A stretch of DNA of 64,000 nucleotides, from assembly GCA_000002445.1 (NCBI GenBank), contig CM000207.1, forward strand, positions 1,312,001 through 1,376,000, written 5' to 3'. A program made the position numbers and the translations under genes. Below are positions 11,569-20,369 of this stretch, piece by piece. Numbering within the stretch: position 1 is the stretch's first letter; every line of letters starts with the position of its first letter. This DNA comes from Trypanosoma brucei. Its lineage: Eukaryota. The notes below the pieces were generated by a model that saw nothing but the letters and a program-made list of their open reading frames with translations, had not been told where the DNA came from and did not search any database.

Positions 11569-12171
11569 TCATTTCTTCAGTAGTTCCTCCCCCTCCTTCA
11601 AAAATATTTTCTTGACATCAGCATACACTTCCTCCCGACTGCGGTTACCGTCAACAGTGTATAAACGCCCTTGCTTTTTATAATGTTCCACCACCGGTAC
11701 GCACTGCTCGGCATTCGTCCGGAAGCGGCGACGTATCGTTTCGATATTGTCGTCGTCACGCCCAGAACCAGACGACGCACGGCCGATCAAACGCGCCTCC
11801 ATTGTTTCCTCCGTACAGTCGAAGAAAAGAATGGCCTTAGCGGGCACAATGTCTTCCTCAAACATAAACATCTGATCCATTTTGCGTGGGAATCCGTCAA
11901 TGACATAACCACGGGGACTGGGGTGAGTATTGAGGGCATTTTTCAACAGCGCAACTGTCAGTTCGGATGGCACAATGCCACCCTCCACGAGAATTTGAGA
12001 TATTTTCTGTGCAACCTCAGTTGTTTTGTCTCGACTTGCCTGACGAAGGAGATCCCCCGCGCTGAAGTGCGTATAACCAAACTCTTCAACGAGACGGGCA
12101 CAAACTGTACCCTTTCCCGATCCTGGGCCACCAAGAACAAAAAATACCTTCGGCTTCTCGGTGGATGTCAT
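11569..12171 (-). CDS. UMP-CMP kinase (adenylate kinase family)
   Basis: The P-loop GGPGSGKGTVCARLVEEFGYTHFSAGDLLR matches the UMP-CMP kinase signature GGPG[AS]GKGTQC...YTHLSAG[DE]LLR. The track start at 12186 is GTG. The first ATG is at 12171-12169 (MTSTEKPKVFFVLGG). Confidence 0.8.
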   Translation of the reverse strand: MTSTEKPKVFFVLGGPGSGKGTVCARLVEEFGYTHFSAGDLLRQASRDKTTEVAQKISQILVEGGIVPSELTVALLKNALNTHPSPRGYVIDGFPRKMDQMFMFEEDIVPAKAILFFDCTEETMEARLIGRASSGSGRDDDNIETIRRRFRTNAEQCVPVVEHYKKQGRLYTVDGNRSREEVYADVKKIFLKEGEELLKK

Positions 12172-12952
12172 AGGAGAAGGAGTCACGTGGAGCCTGGTAA
12201 TGGATGTTTTAAATCCTGCACTTTGAGGTAGCAGTTACTGTCCTTGTATATACTTTGACCTTTCTGTATAACGAAACACGGGAGTCCTTTAAAAATTAGG
12301 AGTGCTACTAATGTCACAAGGTGATCAATGAGTGTAAGTCGCTCAAACGAAAACAAACAGTAGGAAATGTGCTTGAGCGAATTGCGCCACACCAGCCGCA
12401 TTTGTAGCACACTGCGACCAAACTCAATGTCACTCATAAGTACATGGCCGCCATTCCCACTTTCGCGTGCGGCGTGATACAAATTCAGCCACACCCACAT
12501 GCAATGGAACTTGGTGGAGTTCATTACCTCTTCCAGGCGGCTGGCACCCCGCGGTAAAGGACTCCAAAACCGGCCCCACGCACTACCACCCCTCAGCAAT
12601 GATACCCACAACGACGCGACGCAACAAACGGAAAAGGGTGAGAGAAAGCGAGGGATAAAAACAAAAAGACTAAAAAAAACAGAATGTGAATCATTAGATT
12701 GGCCGCACGAAAGCCCGGTAATGTAGCCACGGAAGAATAAACCAACGATGAACATTTCTCTTTACTAACTCCCTTCACCGACTTTCACTCCATTTAAAAA
12801 GACAGCCCCGAAGCCCCCCTCCATTCCGTGTGTATTCTAATCCCGTTGCACACACACACAAAAAAAAAAAATAAATAACAAAAGGACTGAATGGTACGAG
12901 GTTGTGAATTTTCTAGATTTCCTTCTACCTAAATGGGGCATCCAAATTATAC

Positions 12953-13765
12953 TTATCCTCGGCGCCTCCGACTGTTGCCCCGTGCTGGTCGGCCACAGGC
13001 ATCTACGAGTTGCCCTCGATCATTCCGCCGAACGTAATCACCCGGCCGCCGGTACCGCGTGTCAATGAGGCAGTCCACGATCGCCTCCTGAGCTGTCCGA
13101 CCAACGCAGTGACGTAGCGCGTACTGTCGATCCCACTCACGACCTTTAGGTGCTACACGACTGTATTCATCCGTCATGATCTCTAATTCGGATGGTATTT
13201 CCTCTGCTACGGGTCGCACCAAAAGAACACTGTCATCCTTTAAAACCCCAGGCTCTGTTGGGGATAGTTGTTCACACGAGCTGTCGGAATCCCAGCACCT
13301 CTCAGCGTCTGCTTGGATGCTGTTCAACCCCTTTGCGCAACGACGAATGGGAGAGTCCATACGGCCTGAGTCAAACAAACCGCTGGTCCCCTCCGGAATG
13401 GAACTCAATGGAACTCTCCCAGCGATCAGTTTTTCCCTCAGTCGCCGCTTGGTTTTTGATACGGTGCTACTCTTCCGTACACGCGGCATCGTAAACCAAC
13501 TATAGTCGTAGTCTCTGTCAGCGGGATTGCAAGACAGTGCCGCGGGTATGCTGTCAGCGTACAAGCGATAGTGATGAAAAAGACGTGGGCGCGTCAGGAA
13601 TTGACGAGGTGGAATGGGAACAAAAACCGGTGATGACTGGCAACATTCGCCCACATATCCCACAACAGCTCCATTTTGTGCGGCAGAGTGAAGCCGGCGG
13701 CATCGGCGGATGGTGGCTCCTTCCCACCGTGTGAGATGACTCTGTGAGCTGGTGTGGGTGCTCAT
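12953..13765 (-). CDS. Hypothetical protein, 270 aa, R-rich; no recognisable motif
   Basis: Long ORF in the same orientation as the transcription unit. ATG confirmed at 13765-13763 (MSTHTSSQSH). Confidence 0.45.
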   Translation of the reverse strand: MSTHTSSQSHLTRWEGATIRRCRRLHSAAQNGAVVGYVGECCQSSPVFVPIPPRQFLTRPRLFHHYRLYADSIPAALSCNPADRDYDYSWFTMPRVRKSSTVSKTKRRLREKLIAGRVPLSSIPEGTSGLFDSGRMDSPIRRCAKGLNSIQADAERCWDSDSSCEQLSPTEPGVLKDDSVLLVRPVAEEIPSELEIMTDEYSRVAPKGREWDRQYALRHCVGRTAQEAIVDCLIDTRYRRPGDYVRRNDRGQLVDACGRPARGNSRRRRG

Positions 13766-14194
13766 TCCCCGGTGTCCAGTGCTGGTTCAAGACTCACCAC
13801 CTCTTAACGTTGGTCTAGCTTTTGTTGCAGCAATTTTGCAGTTGCATTTAGGTTGCAAAGAAAAAAAAAAGAGGGTACGCAGGCGGCAGAAGGAGGTTAC
13901 ACGCATATGAGTTGAGATGCCTCCCCAGATTAACTTTTCTTTATGCGTAAAAAAAAAAAAGAAATGACAAGGGTATTTCACACCTACCTGATAGTGAACA
14001 ATGAACTGGACACTAAAGAATAACTTAATGAAAAGAAAATAAATAACGTCACGATCTGAGAGGGATTTGCCTTTCGCTAACTTCCTCTCTAACTCTGTTA
14101 ATCATGTGTCTGTTCACCTAAAACCGAAAATAAACGATAATTTGGCGCCACGCACTTAACATACCGGTGGTGATAACCGGTCAAAGGTCCTCGT

Positions 14195-15253
14195 CTACTC
14201 CACAGGTTGCAAAGACGGCCTTAATGACTGAGGGCACAAAGAACAGTGCGGAAGGCCGCAACAGACACCGGGCACACCAAACGTATAGACCATGTCCCAA
14301 CGCTCTGTTGCCGACCCTGCCGGCTTCGTTTCAGTAACGAGGAGGTCATCGGTGCGTTCCACCGCTGCTTCTCTCCGCGCATTCGCACCTTCATCCACAA
14401 CGGTAGGAAGTGGGTGACTCACTTTTGAGTCCCCATTAACTCTTAATGAAGAAGATGGCGGTCGCGTTTGTGGTGCAAACCTCACCATCCTGGTAGAGCC
14501 GCCCTTTGGTCTCATATTTCCATCTGTGCCATCCGCCAAAGTGGCATGAAGCCCTGCTTTCGCTGGCTTTGCACTACATATCGGGTCACTAGGCCCTGCC
14601 CTCGACGCCCATTCAGGACAATTCTCTGAATCGTTGTTGCACAAAGATGAACCTACGCCGGAACGAGGGGCCCCGAACATCGATGCAGCACGGGGATAAA
14701 AATTATCGCACTGCTCTGTCGGTGGTGTATCAGGGGGTGCAGTTGGGACATTTAGAAATCTGGCGGTTGCTCTCAGGAATGGGGGGAGGAAAAGTACTTC
14801 GTCACCCTCCTGCTGCCGCGGTTCCAGATTCGTAGAGAACTTTTCAGTCCCATGAACGGAGTTATTCAGCAGCAGCGCTGAAGACGGGGGAATATCCTGA
14901 GCCAGTGGGATCGGGTGCCTCTGTTGCTCCGCTCCATAACTGCTTGACAGGAGAGGCCGTACTGACCGACGACCGGCGGCCACCTCTCGGATGTTGACAG
15001 ATTCCGCGCTTTCCCTGCCACCTGTTCCGATGCTGTAAGGGTTTACTTCGCCTTCCTCGTGTGCTCGCACCATATGGAGTCCCGAACCATTCAAAACGCT
15101 TCCACGTCGAGGTTTTCGAGAAGTGCTGCAACCTTTCGTCCCAATTGTTTTTTGCCCCTGACAATAATGCCGAGGCCGGCAGGAAACCTTGTACACTGTT
15201 GTGTCGAGGACCGTCGCGTATGGTTGTAGAAGTATATGTTCATTTCGGACCAT
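14195..15253 (-). CDS. Hypothetical S/P/G-rich protein, 352 aa, likely disordered
   Basis: ATG confirmed at 15253-15251 (MVRNEHILLQ). Low-complexity composition; no motif recognised. Confidence 0.4.
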   Translation of the reverse strand: MVRNEHILLQPYATVLDTTVYKVSCRPRHYCQGQKTIGTKGCSTSRKPRRGSVLNGSGLHMVRAHEEGEVNPYSIGTGGRESAESVNIREVAAGRRSVRPLLSSSYGAEQQRHPIPLAQDIPPSSALLLNNSVHGTEKFSTNLEPRQQEGDEVLFLPPFLRATARFLNVPTAPPDTPPTEQCDNFYPRAASMFGAPRSGVGSSLCNNDSENCPEWASRAGPSDPICSAKPAKAGLHATLADGTDGNMRPKGGSTRMVRFAPQTRPPSSSLRVNGDSKVSHPLPTVVDEGANARREAAVERTDDLLVTETKPAGSATERWDMVYTFGVPGVCCGLPHCSLCPQSLRPSLQPVE

Positions 15254-15725
15254 GCCCCCACAGCGTGCACGCTTACCTGGATTAGGGTAGTGAAGAGTTG
15301 AAAAAAAATACTTAATAAACCGATGACCATAAGAAACGATGCGCCCTCTCTGCAGTCGGAAAAACTTAGAAACAAAATAAATAATAAATTGAGAGGAAAC
15401 ATCCGGAAGTGCAGAGGTGCATTTCGTGAAAGCTTACTCTTCGCAAATTGGGAAAGAGGATTAAGAGATGCTACAGTTTCATGAGTGGCAGTGCCTAATA
15501 CGCAATAATGCTCAGCGGCCGCCAGAAGGGAAAAAGTGACCACTCGAAGCACCCGTAACACCGGAGTCAGATGCGATTCCTGAAAACAACACTTGATCAA
15601 CTTTATCGTCTTTCTTTTCCACTATCCTTTTTCATTTGACCAACTAGGTTTATTACGGAAACAAGCACCTCAACCACAAGGTGACGTGCTACGCAACCCC
15701 TTTCCACTTGCCCCTATTAGTTAGA

Positions 15726-17822
15726 TCATCCTTCACTGTTCAGCAGGGGCCACACCACACCACGGAGCAACGGCATTCCTACCTTACTCATATCAAACCC
15801 TTCAACAACTAAACTTGTTGCCTCTCGAAGGGCAGTGGCATGAACCACAGCGAAGCGTAATGAGCAACGTTTACCTCCTCCACATTCGCAGGCTTCGTCA
15901 CGATTACGTAACGCCATGTCGTGATCCTTGACAACAAAACTCCGATAATCCTCATCAGCGATGAGTAATCCCACCGTGTCCGCATGGGCAACAAGGCAAA
16001 GCTCCAGCACGTCCGCATCACACACGCCAAAAACAACCCATTCCTCCCCGTCAAACGCACCAAAAAAATGGGTCAGCAGCGACTCTTGGTTCTTGCTTCG
16101 CGTTATGGGTCTTAGCAACATGTAGCCCACACCAACAGGTGTGATTTTTACAACCACAAACAAACTATCCAGAGGATCCCTTCCACCTTTAGATGAGAGT
16201 TGACTACACCATACAATGTCACCTGCCGCTATTCCGTGGCGGTAGTCGCCTCGGTATGGTTGCCAGCGTCCAACTGGTTGGCGTGAGTCGAGCAGCGCAG
16301 CAGCGGCGTACGGGACAAGGTGCCCATCACAAACTGCCCTCCGTTCCAGTTGCGCGTCGTATTCCTCGCCGTAAGACCACGTCAACAACTGCTCTCCGGG
16401 TTCTATATCAGCCGTGGCAATGAAGAAAGGGATAGTGACAAGGTGACTCTCCTTTTCCAATAAAGTAGCGCGCCCCATAAGCGTTGTTCCGCGATTTGCC
16501 TTCCCACATTTATTAACGCGCTCCCTATGTAGCAAAGGCCTGCGCTTTTTCACGCAGCTTCGGAACCTTTTTGTTATTTTAACCTTGCAATGAGCGTCTT
16601 CCGTCCCTTTAGATAGTTTCTTTGAAGCTTCTTTAAGTGGAGAAAGCTCGCTCGGAATCATTAGCATCAGCGAACACAGCTCAACATTTCCGAACTTGCT
16701 TAAGTTATAACGATGATTGGCGTAGCGCATAAGGCCTTGACCAAAGCACACAACATGCTGCCCCAGTCCCAGTGCATATGTCGCATCGTTTAATGGGAGT
16801 TCATGTGAAGTGGCGGATGCGTATTCATTGTTGTGTGCGGTAGAGCGTAATCCGCGAGCCGACTCTTTGTGTGAATTAGGCAGAGAGGAAGAATAAATTC
16901 CGTTGCATGCTTCCCCGACGTTGTTGCGGGCCTCTAAAGCTTCGGTTGACACGGCAGGACCACAATACAAGAAACAGGTGCCATACGGTATCGGATGTAC
17001 TGCAAAAAGGCCGTACTGTCCCTCACCAAGCTCTGGTGTTTCTTTTATGTCCAGTAGTGTAAACGGGAAACCACCAACGGGTTCAGCCCCCGCGTGCTTT
17101 CTGCCAATACCGTGATAAAATGGAAGTCCTGTCGGCCATCGGGGAAACCATTTTTCTCCATCCGACACACTCTTAGTGGGGTTCACTTCATCAATGTGGC
17201 GTCGCCCGAACGTTCGTTCGTACCATGCTGCCTCATCCAAACACCGATGGTACGAACGAAGGCACAAACGCACAGTGTCACCACTTTTAATAATGGTGGA
17301 CGCCACTATAGCCAAAAGCGTTGCGCGAGGAAAAGCATTTTGATCAACTGATGAGTTGCCCGGGAGGCCATAGTGAAGGGCGATGCAGCGGGCGTTCGGC
17401 CAACAAAGTGGATCGTCTATTGGGGCGTTCCCGTGCTTATTCGTATCTTTAACTGCCTTCTGTACGATCTTATAGAAAAATGCATCCCCTTCCACTGCGA
17501 GTACCGAATGACGCAATCGCTGGCGTCCCGTGAAAATGTCTCCATCAGGGCGGTGTCGACTCGCATTCCCAAGGTTCACGCCGATCATGCTCAGTTGTGC
17601 AGCTTCGCGCAAATGCACCACTCGTTCTTCACTGCTGTATCCAAAATAAGCCGAGAGGAAACGGCCATAGCGCTCCTGGTGAAACTTACAAAGGGGATTT
17701 CTACTTGTTACTCTCCCATCTCCCCTGTCTTTCTTCCCTCTAGTGGAGGAATAACTGTAACTCTGACGAAACATTTCACCACTGCAGTCACATCGCAACT
17801 CGGGTGAAGGCAGATCTTTCAT
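15726..17822 (-). CDS. Putative SET-domain protein (lysine methyltransferase-like), ~698 aa
   Basis: SET-like blocks: GEGQYGLFAVHPIPYGTCFLYCGP (N-SET GxG..F.Y), MRYANHRYN (NHxxN core) and, after an insertion, GEQLLTWSYGEEY (ELxxDY-like). The track start at 17840 is GTG. The first ATG is at 17822-17820 (MKDLPSPELRCDCSGE). Confidence 0.5.
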   Translation of the reverse strand: MKDLPSPELRCDCSGEMFRQSYSYSSTRGKKDRGDGRVTSRNPLCKFHQERYGRFLSAYFGYSSEERVVHLREAAQLSMIGVNLGNASRHRPDGDIFTGRQRLRHSVLAVEGDAFFYKIVQKAVKDTNKHGNAPIDDPLCWPNARCIALHYGLPGNSSVDQNAFPRATLLAIVASTIIKSGDTVRLCLRSYHRCLDEAAWYERTFGRRHIDEVNPTKSVSDGEKWFPRWPTGLPFYHGIGRKHAGAEPVGGFPFTLLDIKETPELGEGQYGLFAVHPIPYGTCFLYCGPAVSTEALEARNNVGEACNGIYSSSLPNSHKESARGLRSTAHNNEYASATSHELPLNDATYALGLGQHVVCFGQGLMRYANHRYNLSKFGNVELCSLMLMIPSELSPLKEASKKLSKGTEDAHCKVKITKRFRSCVKKRRPLLHRERVNKCGKANRGTTLMGRATLLEKESHLVTIPFFIATADIEPGEQLLTWSYGEEYDAQLERRAVCDGHLVPYAAAALLDSRQPVGRWQPYRGDYRHGIAAGDIVWCSQLSSKGGRDPLDSLFVVVKITPVGVGYMLLRPITRSKNQESLLTHFFGAFDGEEWVVFGVCDADVLELCLVAHADTVGLLIADEDYRSFVVKDHDMALRNRDEACECGGGKRCSLRFAVVHATALREATSLVVEGFDMSKVGMPLLRGVVWPLLNSEG

Positions 17823-18432
17823 CTCCTCCCTCTTAAACACACTTCACGTCATTCAGCTTTGCCATAAACGTCGCGTACATCGTTAGTTTGAAAGGAAAAT
17901 TAAGAAAAGGTAGTGTTAGTGAAAGAAGGATACGTGGTAAATGAGGTGTGTGACTGTGTGTGTGCGGTGTGGAGGTTGCAAAGTAGTGCGACTGGGATAC
18001 AATCAAGGGTCAGTTGCCCAATAAACCTTGAAGGCAGGCCCTAGCAGATCTCCCCGTTACGAGCGCAGGCAAGACAAGACAGGGAAAAAAATTAACAGTG
18101 AAACTGAAAAGAGCACGAAAACTACAATTTGTCCCTTCCAGGCAATGGCAAGGGTAACCTTTCGGTGAGATGCTCTTCCCCAATCTATGAAAGGTGGCCA
18201 TGGAATCGATTTCCTCATGCAGGGGTGGTGCTTTTCTCCAAATTTTATATGCCTGCAAGAATGGCTACATTTTGTGGGCAGCTGCCCTTAAATGAACAGC
18301 CAAAAGAGAAAGGAGAAAAGGAGGAGGGAGGCAAATACCACTGCAAGTCAGCAGTCGCCCGGCAGCCTTCCACAGAGAATGTGAAGAATGTGCAACACAA
18401 ACAGGCAACACACGCCGTAACCAGCTTTCGCC

Positions 18433-18967
18433 TTACTCATCATCAAGAAATTTGGATGTTTTGACCGGAACCTTTTCATCCTTGGTGAAGTACGTCACGC
18501 CACGACCATTCCGCTGGGTACGGTCCAGGTTCAAATCCGCACCATCGGACTGCAGTAACTCCACTTCACGCCTGGCGCGGTAGCGTCGGGCATCCTCCTT
18601 GCTGTACTTTTCAGGATCAAGTCCCTTTTCACGAAACTGTGGAATGAGGTACTTCTCCAGGTATTCTTTCGGCGTCTCCGAGTCTCCACGAGGTCGAAGA
18701 CGGTGACTGAGGTACTTCAAACAACTTGCCATGGCTCGGCAGCGCTGCGTTGTGCCGTCATCGTCATCGTTGCACTCCTCCGTGCGGGGTCGCTTGGTTG
18801 GCTTCTCCTTACCGCTATCGCTGGCACCATCGTCGCCTTTGTGACTGCTACCAGTGCCACTTTCACTGTCTGAGTCTTCCTCGAACTCGTCGTCTTCCTC
18901 TTCCTCGCCATTCTCCTCCTCTTCATCTTCATCTCCCTCACTATCCTCCTCCTCCTCCTCCTCGTCG

Positions 18968-19000
<33 letters not shown>

Positions 19001-19275
19001 CCACCAGTTTTTTCATCATTATCACCTTTATCCCTCCCCGTTTTATCTCCCTTACCGTTATCCTTATTTACGTTATAGAATGAGTCCAACATGTTCGTGA
19101 TAAATTCCCTGCGCAAGTTGATGTACTCCTCTGGGAAGACAGAGATGTATTTAGATCTCAGCAACTGCAGCACAACGTCAGCCGTGAGTCGTTTGTCCTT
19201 TGGGACCCGCTGGCACATGGTATTGACCAGTTCCGTTAGCTTCGCATCTCGTTCTCTAGTCGCAGCGGTGCTCAT
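18433..19275 (-). CDS. Acidic (poly-Asp/Glu) protein, ~280 aa; N-terminal region may resemble a DEK-C-type helical domain
   Basis: D12 followed by an E/D-rich run of ~45 residues, encoded partly by a perfect (GAT)n repeat (plus-strand (ATC)n at ~18963-19002). The basic patch KRPRTE looks like an NLS. The track start at 19290 is GTG. The first ATG is at 19275-19273 (MSTAATRERDAKLTELV). Confidence 0.5.
18963..19002. repeat. (ATC)n trinucleotide repeat, ~12 units. It lies inside a CDS and encodes poly-Asp on the minus strand as (GAT)n.
   Basis: gtcgtcatcatcatcatcatcatcatcatcatcatcacc read directly. Confidence 0.95.
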
Positions 19276-20369
19276 GATGTTTAAAAGCACGCAGTGCGAT
19301 GTATGTGTACCGTGTGTAAGAAGCTATGTGTAGTTGTATATATTTTTTTACGCGCATGAAAAATCGGCCAGTCCCAGAATAATCAGATGTCAACATGGAG
19401 AGACACATATATTTGCGTTACGTGTAGACGATGAAGAAAGACAAAGTAAAAAAATAAAATTAACTGAACTCAGAGCAAATTGCCGAGAACGATGTTGAGG
19501 AGTTAGTAAGTATACTGTTCCACACGCAGTTCCAAGAAAAGTGGAAGAATATGTGCACCCACTAACAAAGCAACTTCACGATGTGTGCGCAAAAAACAAT
19601 TTCTCGTTCCTAACCCAAATAATCAAAACTACCAACCGAAAGCAAAACAAAAGAAACGCAGCCCTTGGCCAGTTACGGTCCCTTGCAGTGGAAACATCGC
19701 TCGCTTCCCAAGAATTTATAATCGACGCCACAATTGGTGATAGTAACTCCTCACGTGCCCTTTTCATCCCCACGAACGTGGAACCACCGACAGTGTTTTA
19801 CACTCCCTTCTACTCTACACCTACACCAGAGTGAATTAAGAAAAAGGAAAAAAAAAGCGTTGTGAAGAGAAGAAAATAAGCGGGTATGAGGGAAAAAAAA
19901 AAGAAACTGTGTGCGTTCCTGGGACTCCACAAAGGATTCGCGAGAAATAGCATTCAGGAATGTTGACATTAAGTACTTTAATCACACGCACTGCTCATGT
20001 GTGGGCAACACACTAAGGTAAGCTCACACCTTTTTTCTTTGAAATTGTCAACACTTCCAGTCCTGGCGGTGTGCTACGTCTGGCGGGAGCCAATGACACT
20101 TCAACTGGGTGAGTAATTTTTTAAAAAAAAACCAAAGGGCAAGTCTGCTTACCTCTTCCCTCTCCTTAATCATATGAGTCGAAGGAAATAAGTACAAAGT
20201 ACCAACCAACCAATAAATACAACTAAATAGCCGCTCTCTGAAACGTTGCTTGCGGCGACAACATCCCATTACCCATCCCATTCTTTCCACGGGTTGTGAG
20301 AGATGCATGCGCACGCACACTCGCCTCATTTCCAATCGGCAAAACGATGAACCAATATGTTGGTTTGCT

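Noticed and set aside
12183-12755. 190-aa minus-strand ORF immediately upstream of the UMP-CMP kinase
   Set aside because: It ends 12 nt before the kinase ATG, leaving no room for a splice-acceptor region. Its F/L/S-rich low-complexity sequence is typical of translating a pyrimidine tract.
18717-19025. Nested ORFs encoding poly-Met/poly-His/poly-Ser peptides inside the acidic-protein gene (18717..19025 -, 18726..19100 +, 18854..19078 +)
   Set aside because: These are alternative-frame and antisense readings of the (ATC)n/(GAA)n repeat that encodes the poly-Asp/Glu tract. They are homopolymeric by construction.
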